A stretch of DNA of 61,102 bases, the filler included, from Globobulimina sp. (lineage: Eukaryota), in assembly GCA_003354225.1 (NCBI GenBank). It is 10 parts of 10 records of this genome, joined end to end, with 100 filler letters (N's around TTAATTAATTAA, not from the genome) between each part and the next. Parts side by side here need not be neighbours in the genome. Positions count along the whole stretch, not along the records: positions 18,390 to 24,414 come from PIVH01000374.1; positions 24,515 to 30,538 come from PIVH01000375.1; positions 30,639 to 36,660 come from PIVH01000376.1; 7 more parts are not named here. One strand, written 5' to 3'. The notes below the pieces were generated by a model. It saw only the letters and a list, made by a program, of their open reading frames with translations, was not told the DNA's origin and did not search any database. Each line of letters starts with the position of its first letter. Position 1 is the stretch's first letter. Of this stretch, positions 21,874 through 31,739 are shown in pieces. The translations under genes and the position numbers were made by a program.

Positions 21874-22956
21874 TTAAAATTTGAGAGTATTAAATTTCTC
21901 AATATAACGTTTAAAAATGTTAGGTTTCGATTTTGCAGTATCACAGTTCTTGAATGCATGCTTCTGATCCGGATGGAATGCACAGTTATGTTTGAACCGC
22001 GCATCAGGTGATGGTTCACATTGTTTCTTCGGATTTGTGCATTTGTCAAATGCAAATTTAAAGACACACATATCACTGGGACAAGCCGTGCCATATTCTG
22101 ACATGCATTCATGTGTCATAGCACGTAAAATGCGCACACTGTCCGGCTTATCATTATTAAATGAACGACCTCGCGGATAGCGGTTGTTGGTGTTAGGGGG
22201 AGAATGAGTCACTGGACGTTTATTGTTGTTGTTAATGGGCGTCCGGCCATTTTTATTGTAATCCGATCCATGACGTTTATTATAATTCGGATTGGTGTTA
22301 TAATTTGGGGGCGCATTACTGAACGAATTGGCATTTTGGCGATTTTGATTGAAATAAATGTTGACTTTCTTGCCTTTATCATATTCGTCCATATTAAATT
22401 GCTCAAATGAGCTTAATAAAAATTGAACAACATCCGATTTATGGGCAGCTCCATTAAATGATTGTGTCACCGAATTTTTATCCATAATCAAACAAATCGG
22501 GACATTGTACGCCAAATAATATTTGAGGACCTCGATAACTGTGGACCAAAATGGGACGACATTCGTATGTGCATTGCGCGCAAACGGAGTGATTTTGGCA
22601 TGAAATAATTGTAGATTGGCTTTAACCATTTGGACCCATTCAATTAATAATCGGATAAAAGGAGAGGATGTGGCGACTGTATTGATGGCGGATAGCACAA
22701 AATCCATGGTATCATTCCAAGCAATGAGAATAAAATAAATCGCATGCTTTGATTTGAATGCCGAATAAATCTCTTTTGACGGCGAGCTGATATCGGAAAT
22801 AATATACGTTGTCGAGAGATGTTTCAACGTTTTATGTAATAACGAAGGAACATCAAAATAATCTTCGGATTGGAAACCCGTAAAGAACTGAATGACCAAA
22901 TTCCGTGTACTGAGCTTCTTCTTCAGTCGGGAAGTGGCTGTAAATAAACACAACAA
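21874..22956 (-). CDS. Gag-like ORF with a C-terminal Cys/His zinc-binding region
   Basis: An Asn/Pro/Arg-rich linker is followed by CVFKFAFDKC...QC...FKHNCAFHPDQKHAFKNC, similar to DIRS/Ngaro Gag zinc fingers. It lies upstream of RT. Confidence 0.7.
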   Translation of the reverse strand: MLCLFTATSRLKKKLSTRNLVIQFFTGFQSEDYFDVPSLLHKTLKHLSTTYIISDISSPSKEIYSAFKSKHAIYFILIAWNDTMDFVLSAINTVATSSPFIRLLIEWVQMVKANLQLFHAKITPFARNAHTNVVPFWSTVIEVLKYYLAYNVPICLIMDKNSVTQSFNGAAHKSDVVQFLLSSFEQFNMDEYDKGKKVNIYFNQNRQNANSFSNAPPNYNTNPNYNKRHGSDYNKNGRTPINNNNKRPVTHSPPNTNNRYPRGRSFNNDKPDSVRILRAMTHECMSEYGTACPSDMCVFKFAFDKCTNPKKQCEPSPDARFKHNCAFHPDQKHAFKNCDTAKSKPNIFKRYIEKFNTLKF

Positions 22957-23012
22957 TGAACGTGTTACACAGGGTTTATTTAAAAGGGCATATAGTGCCT
23001 ATATTTGAGGCG

Positions 23013-23114
23013 ATCAGAAACACCATGTTAATACTAACACTGTCAGTGGTGTTCTATAAAGGGTGTATATTTGACACCTATATTCCACGGTAACTTGTAT
23101 ACCGGGAATCTGAT
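23013..23114. other. Multi-arm stem-loop element in the ORF1-Gag spacer
   Basis: Closing stem ATCAGA/TCTGAT encloses AACACCA/TGGTGTT (with inner TGTTA/TAACA), GGTGT/ACACC and TTCC-CGGTA/TACCG-GGAA. Confidence 0.5.
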
Positions 23115-23408
23115 ACATAAAACAGAGTGCAGTGACAGTCAGTGTCAGTGAAGTGCAGTAGTACGGAGGGCAGAGAAAAAAGAAAGAGGAGAAACACCGT
23201 GACTTAGGAAAAAATATCCAAGAATGAGAAAGGCTGTATCATTCTATGCTGTACAGAGACCCAGCTGCAGTACAGTGCATATCCTGACAAGCAGACTAAC
23301 CCCACCTCAAAGAGAAAGTTTTCAGACAAAGCAGAAGGAAGTTTCAGAAGAGACGTGATTTATTTTAATTATGCTAACACAACAATTAAAATAGCACATA
23401 AAGAACGT

Positions 23409-24260
23409 TTATATAAATAAACCTTCGACTTTCTTAATTAATTCTTTATTCGAGGCGGTGTCGGCACGCTTGTTGCCATTCATTTTTCTCTGCATTACTT
23501 CCATAATAATGTCTTGATGAGTACGCGTTTCTTCTTTCGCGACCGCTTCGGAGAGAAATATAGCGGCTTCTTTATCAATGGTGCGATCAACGGTTAATGC
23601 GGAGATCGAATGCGACTGCAACGTAATCAATTTCTTCTGCGGGGTATCAAATCGGGAGAACGCATATCGATTTCCGGATGTATTTAATTTATGGGAGATG
23701 CGATCAATTTTGGCATTGAAATCATGCGACATTCGATCTAATTTCGCATTAAATGTACGTCGTTGGCGATTATCCGTGGTATCATCCGGTCGCTTGGCGT
23801 CATCATAAAATGGTTCGCTGGCAATCTCCGAATGGTCACTAGGTGGTGGCGATGGAGGCGAATTGGATAAAACTGATCGGAGAAACTCTTTTTTTCGTTT
23901 CCGGTCATGACGATTTTGTTCATGTTTGCCGGCAAACTGCACCATTTGGTCAGCTTTACGTTTATGGAAATTGCGGACTTGGTTGAAAATAAAACGATTT
24001 TTGAAATGTGGGAAATACCATTTCTTCGTTTGATTTCCCTTTTTGTCCAATGTACGGTCTGATTTCAGCTGATTGACACGCTCCAAAATCTTAGGTACCA
24101 GCCATTGCCACCAACATCGAATCTTGCTCTTCGCTTTATATTTTCTATAAAAATAAATGCGAAAAATAATGTCCATAATGGAACGATGATCACGGGCCGC
24201 CTTCATGTGGGAGAAAGATGTGGCGGTATTATGTGGGAGAGAAAGATAGAAAATGGCCAT
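23409..24260 (-). CDS. ORF1 of the YR element, probably the 5' exon of Gag; basic, with a coiled-coil-like region
   Basis: 283-aa ATG ORF containing an internal FNAK(L/I)DR(M/I)SH repeat. It ends at a GAAG|GTTTAT donor that is phase-compatible with the Gag acceptor at 22938. Confidence 0.55.
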   Translation of the reverse strand: MAIFYLSLPHNTATSFSHMKAARDHRSIMDIIFRIYFYRKYKAKSKIRCWWQWLVPKILERVNQLKSDRTLDKKGNQTKKWYFPHFKNRFIFNQVRNFHKRKADQMVQFAGKHEQNRHDRKRKKEFLRSVLSNSPPSPPPSDHSEIASEPFYDDAKRPDDTTDNRQRRTFNAKLDRMSHDFNAKIDRISHKLNTSGNRYAFSRFDTPQKKLITLQSHSISALTVDRTIDKEAAIFLSEAVAKEETRTHQDIIMEVMQRKMNGNKRADTASNKELIKKVEGLFI

Positions 24261-24414
24261 TTATTGTGACCGATTTTCGTTTGTGATTACTGTTCTGTGT
24301 GTTTTGCCTGTGCTAATATTTTCGTGTGTGTTACAATCAAAAATGATTCGGGCTGTGAGTACGCATCACATATTTTACCTTTTACTGAGTGTGCCACGCA
24401 AGAATATTACATTC

Positions 24415-24514
24415 NNNNNNNNNNNNNNNNNNNNNNNNNNNNNNNNNNNNNNNNNNNNTTAATTAATTAANNNNNNNNNNNNNNNNNNNNNNNNNNNNNN
24501 NNNNNNNNNNNNNN
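24415..24514. other. Artificial contig linker 4
   Basis: N44-TTAATTAATTAA-N44. Confidence 0.98.
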
Positions 24515-24649
24515 GGCGTGTTCTCTTTATCAGACATGATTACAAATTACTCGCTTTGGAAAATTGACAAAAAACGTTTTTCAGTCTTAAAAAACTTCCA
24601 GAAATTTCTCTTCAGTGGAAATATTGTTCGAGTATCTTGTCAAAATCAC

Positions 24650-27600
24650 ATGGCAAAGCAAGGTATCATTGCAGACTTTCATTACAACGGCAAAAAGAAG
24701 AAATTAATGTTGTATGCAAATACAACTTTAATTGACTTGTATCACGAACTGTGCTCAAAATTTGTATTGGGAGATCCAAATAATATTCGATTGAGAGAAA
24801 TAAGTATAATGGACACGGATATTAATAAACAGAATTTTCCAATCACCAAAGAAATATTACTGTCGTCCGTAGACACTATGCCATCATTTTCAATCACAAC
24901 GCAAAAAACACAACAAATACAAGAATACAGTGCATCACCTTCGCCATCTCCATCTCCATTGCCACCTCCATACACACAGAGTGTCAATGCACCAACAATA
25001 ATATCTCAACCATTTACTAATTTAAATAACCACATCAAAAACACTGAGGTATGTTATTCTGATCTGATCTGATCTGACCTCATATTTTCTGACCTTTTCT
25101 GAATATATACATTGTTTGTCGCACGCAGCAGATTACAGAAAATACCATGAAAAATAATCCAAATCAAATGAATATTATGAATGCTGAGTTAAAGATTAAA
25201 TTGGCATTAAAGCATAAATTTCGTGGCGGAAATCAAATTCTCCCAATTAAACCTCAAAAGCTTTTCAACTTTATTCGAAACAATAAATCGTTTCTCTGTG
25301 ATGACAAATCCATTGATGATCCCACATTGCATTCAATTATCAGTAATGTGGTAAAATGGTGGTTTGAGTATGGATTAAAAAGAATGGCGCTTTGCGATGA
25401 TAGTCAGGAAAATAAAAATAATCTCATTGATACGCCAGATAATGAGATGAAAGGTGTTACGTTAATGTTAAACAAATTGGGTTTAAACACAATAAAAACA
25501 CGCAATTATCAACAAAAGTTATTTGAAGCCGCAGTGAAAGGAAATATTATTTGTTTTATGCCAACAGGTTCCGGGAAAACACGCATCGCAATAAAAGTTA
25601 TTGAATATCGATTGAAATTGTTATATTTACAGCGATTGAATAATATTAATGAATATAGTAAAAAATATCTAATATTTTTAGTATGTACAACTCATTTAGC
25701 AGAACAACAGAAGAATGCGATAAAAAAAGCTATTCCTTTTGTCAAAATCCGTACAATTATCGGCCAAAATAATCCAGACATTTGGCATAAATATGACTGG
25801 CAAAATGAATTGGATTATTATGATGTGTTTGTAATGATGCACGACTGCCTAAAATCAGCACTGTCGCACGGATACATTACAATGAATAGCATCGATACAT
25901 TAATATTCGATGAATGCCATCATGTCATTGGCCACAAATCAAATCAAAGCCATCCATATGCCGTAATTATGGAGAAATACCATCAGTATAAATCACAAAT
26001 ATTTGCGATTAAAAGTGAGAAACAGCAGTTATTACTACCACGCATTATTGGTTTGACTGCCTCGCCAATAAAAACCAAAGAATTATTAATGTCGAAAATT
26101 GTAAAGAAAGCCGCTGAATTACAGCGAATGATGGATGCGCAATTAATGCGAGTGGACAATGACGAACTACGATATGTTATTTCTGATCCAATGTTAGTTA
26201 AGTTTTATTTTATAGCACTAAATGAAGAAGAATCAATTCAATATTTCAATGTGCCGCCGGTGTTTATTACTAAAATACGTAAATATTCAAATATGATCAA
26301 TGAGGCTCGACTCAAGGTTGTGATCAGAGAGATGGGCGTCTATGCCGCTGCAGTTTGGATGAGATTAATTAATGAAAAGTTGAAGAATAAAGATTCAAAA
26401 TATTTGGTATCAAATCCATTTTCTTCTGAAGACTCTGTGAAAATCAAAGAAAAGGTTTGTTTGCAGTTAATTGCAATTCTAAAAATATTATAATTTTGTG
26501 TCTATAGAGCCAGGCATTGGAGTTATTTAAAATTTACATCCAGCAAAATGTAGGTCATTTTGATGCAGATTTACATTGCGGACAATATAGTGATTCAAAG
26601 TGGTTATTTGATTCAGATATTTCCATGAAATTGAGTCTTTTGATTAAATTTATCGCTGACTCACAGTGTGGAATCCAGCCACAAATTATTTCAGATGAAA
26701 AAGAAGAAAAAGAAGGATACGATTCGGAATTAAAGGCTTTGTTTGTTGGAGATGGTGGGAACCAGCAAGGAATTATATTTGTAAAAGAACGCATTGTGGC
26801 ATATGTATTGCAATCAATATTATCAACGCGGTTCGCAGCAATCAAGTTTGGTGTATTAACAGGTCATAGCTGCCGTTTATGGGGATTGACGGACAAAGAA
26901 CAATGTAAAGTTATCAATAGATTTAAGAATGGCGACCTGAACTATTTGATTGCGACGTCCGTGGCCGAGGAAGGCATCGATATTCAGGCTTGTAATTGTG
27001 TGATAATGTATGAATTGCCAGCCACCATCAAATCTTACATTCAAGCAAGAGGACGGGCGAGGCGACAGACCTCAAAATATGTATTATTTATTAATTCAAA
27101 TAATGAGGAACAGCAAATCAGAGTTAATTCATTCGAGCGGCAGGAACTTGAAATGATAAAACAAGCCAATACCAACAATGAGGTGATTAACGAAGGCAAT
27201 ATCGACTATAATCGATATGAATATTTAGTGCAAGAAACGCAAGCATTTGCGAGTACGGTGAATGCAATATCAATGTTACAGCGATATTTTGACTATTTAG
27301 GAATTCTGAAAACAGAAATTGAGAAAATATGTTTGATTGAAAATGATCTGCATACATGTATGGTGAATATAGATTCTCTGAAATGGAAATTAAAAGAAAC
27401 ACAGTTTAGTAATACCAGCAGTAATAAAAAAGAAGCAGAGAAGCGATGTGCTGTGGATATTATCGCTATGCTCAGAAATAAGGGCTTGTGGGATATCAAT
27501 TTGGTGCCAATAGAAATATTACGAAAGAATAAAGAAACTCAACTATTACAGAAACAGAGAGCGTTGTTCCAATCTGTTGATATCAAACAAGTGAATGTCC

Positions 27601-30225
27601 CGTCTCTTTTAAACCAGGATTTCCAATGTCAACTGAATCGAGATTCAGGTGATAAAATTGCGTATTTGTACCACATTGTCATTGAGAATGATCCAAACTC
27701 ATTTCCAATGGGTATTATTTTACCAAAACGAATTCCCGATGAATTTCTCAAATGTATTCATTTTTCGGTATGATATCATATGTATTGCTATATTCATAAT
27801 GATTAATATTAAAAGGCACAAATTCGGAAACGAAATGAAGAAAAAATCAGCAACGATGTTCGCGATTATTCAATATTAATCCATCAAACATTACGCAAAT
27901 TGGAAAACAAAAAAGAAGAAAAAACAAAACCATTAGATTTGGGTCAGCAGGAAATGGGGAAAAGTTGTTACATGAAAACAACTGTTTCGTTACGTGCAGC
28001 AACGGTGAATAATATAATTTGTGTATCTTCGGATAGGTTTAACCAAATCATGGAATATCATAAAATAGCGTTTAAATTATTAGATCGTGGTGGCACAAAG
28101 AATAAGAAAAAATTGATAGAGATTGAATCAAAAGCAGAACATGAGGAAAATGAGAGATTTTACCTAATTTGTCCGCTGAAATTGGTCGACAATGGTAACA
28201 GACTTATGATTGATTGGAAGTGTATTGAGAACATTGCAGATTTACAGCAACATTATCAACGCAATGAGCCGCACGGTGTAGCATATTGCAATGAAAATAA
28301 ATCCAATATAGAACATGAATTAATACGGACAAGAAATGAAGATAAAACACACGAAAATTTGTATATTTCATACGGGATTCATGAGCTATTTTCATCACAA
28401 TCACAAATTCCTATTTCTGGGCAAATTATCGCTGATTACGTGTCTGAAGAATCTAGAATGAATGGAATATTACATTCAAACTTAGAGCTCGATAAAGATA
28501 AAAAGGACGCAAACAACAATGCAGACCCGTTGGATGAAATAGATTTAAGTGCTCAGAATACCAAACTCAATAAATTAAAAACACTGAGCATTGATGACAA
28601 TTATCAAAAACTAATGCTTTCCACAAAACATCCGGGACAAAGCCGACAAACAAATTGCAAAAATAATGATAATGCTCATGATGACAGAGTCGTTGTTGCA
28701 AGAAGATATTCTCCAAAAATCAGGGTTCGGCCTATATACTTTATATGTTCTATTAATATTCTTTTATATTTTTGTTGTGCAGAATATTTTAATTCAATCT
28801 CGCAAAAAGTCTAAAAATAGCAAATCTAAAATGAAATCATCGGTTATGTTCATTCCGTTACAATACATATTTCCAACTGGCGTGTCCACAGCACATTGGT
28901 TTCAATTATTAAATATACCATCAATTATATGGAGACTGGAGAATTATTTGAACATATTCGATGCTCAAAAGTTATTGCAATCAATGTGTGACGTGTCAAT
29001 CGATGCAAGTTTGTTATTTGAAGCGTTATGCAATGCGCAAGCAGGAAGAGCTAAAACCTATGAAAAGTTAGAATGTTTAGGGGACCGTGTCTTAAAGTTT
29101 TTGGTTGTGTTGCAAGGTGTATTTACAATGGCAGATGCAAACGAGGGCGATTTAACCATTTGGGAGTCGAATATTGTCGCAAATGCTAATTTAGATACTG
29201 TGAGTTTAGCAATTAATCTGCCATCGTATGGTGTATTCAGTTCGTATGCATTTGAATTATGGAATCCTTCCTATTTTAAACCGCGTAATAACAATGCCTC
29301 GGAATCATTATATAAAAATATTAAAATCAGTTTAAAATTGCCAGCGGATATAATTGAAAGTACAATCGGTGCATTGTGGTACACATTGAATGACACTCAA
29401 TTAAGTGATAAAAAGGTGACAGTGGCAATTAATAAATGCAGAATGTTATTGCGAGAATACAAGTTATTTGAGAAAGATTTCAAAATCGATGATAAATTCA
29501 GGAAATTAATCCGTGATTGGAATGAGAATGAGAATAAATTTGAGTTCTTTTCGAAAACAGTGTTTCAAACAAACTTGAAACAAATAAGAGATATAATTGA
29601 CGAGGATTGTGCATATAAATTAAATTTGCAGTATCCGTTGGTGACGGCATCATTGATTGAGTTAATTGATAAATGTTACCGCCATCACCATCATTCAGTA
29701 TTTGCTGACTACGGAATCACTTATCAACGCTTAGAATTTTTAGGAGATGCAATTTTAGATATTATAGTCACACAGTTTTTGTACAATGATGCTTCATTTC
29801 GATCGGATTTAAGCATCGAAGGACAAATAACTGCGTTAAGAGCAAAAATTGTGGGCAACGATGCGTTGGGTTTTAATTTACAAGAATCATTTTTGGACGA
29901 ATATATATTATGGGATGGACAACAACAAACTGATATTGATAAATATAAACAAGACATTGAAACATTAAGAGATGAAATTGAGGACAATATTATTAATAAT
30001 AATGATTTTTGGTATTTGAATGCGATGAAACAATCAAATATTAAATGTCCAAAATGTTTGGGTGATGCATTCGAAGTGTTATTGGCGATAATATTCATAG
30101 ATTCAAATTATAATAATTTATTTCTTGATCATCACAATGTAAATCAAATGAATTTGAAGCCATGTGTTCAATTTATTTGCGGATTTCATGATTACGCAGA
30201 AAAACACTGGCAACACTTAAATTAA
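24650..30225 (+). CDS. DCL: Dicer-like endoribonuclease, about 1778 aa, 5 exons (24650-25048, 25129-26454, 26508-27767, 27816-28724, 28783-30225)
   Basis: Helicase motifs PTGSGKT, DECHH, TAS, ATSVAEEGIDI and QARGRAR. DUF283-like region NAISMLQRY...KKEAEKRCA. RNase IIIa EKLECLGD..ADIIES and RNase IIIb QRLEFLGD..GDAFEV. Four phase-0 GT-AG introns restore the frame. Confidence 0.93.
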
Positions 30226-30324
30226 TTGTTTTCTTTTGCTTTTGGTGCGTAAACTTTTAAACTTCTCTGCATCTTGGACCATACCCGTCGAGTGTTGAGA
30301 AACAACACGTAAATAATTTAAACC

Positions 30325-30538
30325 ATGGATAATAAAGAAAGTATTGAACAATTAAACAATGTCAGTTCTGTTTGTTATTGTGGAAAGCCACTAAAACCAT
30401 TCCCTACTAAATATACATTATGCATTTGCTGTTTTAAACAATATGCAAAAGATGAAACACAATTTTATTTATGTGGTCCATGGCAATGTGAATACACTAA
30501 GATATCAAGTAGTGCCTTTATAGTTTGCTCAAAATGTG
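30325..30538 (+). CDS. Cys-rich (zinc-finger-like) protein, N-terminal fragment
   Basis: CYCGKPL..CICC..YLC..QC..VCSKC; runs into the linker. Confidence 0.5.
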
Positions 30539-30638
30539 NNNNNNNNNNNNNNNNNNNNNNNNNNNNNNNNNNNNNNNNNNNNTTAATTAATTAANNNNNN
30601 NNNNNNNNNNNNNNNNNNNNNNNNNNNNNNNNNNNNNN
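30539..30638. other. Artificial contig linker 5
   Basis: N44-TTAATTAATTAA-N44. Confidence 0.98.
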
Positions 30639-31453
30639 CAAACATTGCATCGCAAGGCTCAATGCTTCACGCTTTGATTAAAAATAATCAAATCAATGCT
30701 GCACTTGACATGAAAGCAGATATAGAAAAAAATGGAGCAGTATTGACCATTGGTAGCTATATACCATTGATTTCTTATTATTTGCGGGATGCACAACATC
30801 AAAATCCGTGTCAAGCATTGAAACTGTTGAAGGAATGTGTGGTTGGCAACAAATTAAAACAATTAAATGAACCTTTGCTGAATATTAAGCACGTGGCACT
30901 TTTAAAAACATTGCAAAATACAACTGATGCAAGGCGGAGGAAGAAATATTTTAAAATGATTAAGCATGCACCAAATGAGAAACTAGCGCATGGTTTGAGA
31001 GCATGGGACTATCAGTCTGCGAGCGTAGTATTTGGAGCATATATGGAATATTATGAGGATTATAAATCGGTGAAAATAAGGAAATGTTTTGAAAAGCTCT
31101 GTAAATTGAATATGATGGGATATTGGCATTATGATAAAAAAAATGGAAAATGGATTGTTGATTTGCATGGGTATAGTTACCAGCAAATTGAGTTTGTGTT
31201 ATATTATTTGATGAATATAAAATGTGCGGAATTGGTTGGCGCCATGGGTTATGAATGGATATTTATCTGCGGAAAGGGGCAAAGTATTGATCCCAATTCG
31301 AAAGATGCACAGCCCGGAATTAAACAGTTCATTGTGGGGAAATTGTTGCAGATGTTTAACATTCAAACTTGTGATGTTGGAAATAATCCGGGAAGGATAA
31401 TTTTGAATAAACATCATATTAAAAGATATGTTGCTCTTCAACTAAGAAATTAA
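30639..31453 (+). CDS. PPR-like repeat protein with a C-terminal Smr domain, 5'-truncated
   Basis: PPR-like helices (MLHALIKNNQINAAL, SYIPLISYY..QALKLL). Smr motifs WIVDLHG, FICGKG and NNPGRIIL. Confidence 0.75.
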
Positions 31454-31739
31454 TCAACACACGGAAATGCGGAAAAAAGTTGTATATCTCTTCAATACAT
31501 GTTCCCAATCAGTTTCATTAATGAAGTGATTGAGTTTGTGTGATTCAATCCAAACTCTCCTTCTTCTGGTGATGCCCGAAATTTGGCAGCAGTCATAGCC
31601 TCGTTTGTGACAGGGTGTTTTTTTGCTGTTAAGTTTGAATTTTGTCCCACTACTATTCAAGCCATCGATAATGTCATTCTTAGAAGGTTTTAGTTAATAG
31701 CTTCAAAACAATGTCAAACTGAATCACGCAGAAAGTAAT

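Larger units (their letters stand above)
18390..24414 (-). mobile_element. Tyrosine-recombinase retrotransposon (DIRS/Ngaro/PAT-like); termini not captured
   Basis: Co-oriented ORF1 - Gag-like - RT/RNase H - tyrosine recombinase, with no protease or DDE integrase. Confidence 0.88.

Noticed and set aside
25061-25080. GATCT microsatellite in Dicer intron 1
   Set aside because: About four copies of a 5-mer in an intron, with no evidence of function.
18390-30538. RT plus recombinase next to Dicer as a linked defence or RNA-guided system
   Set aside because: They are on different contigs separated by an artificial linker, so the adjacency comes from length sorting.
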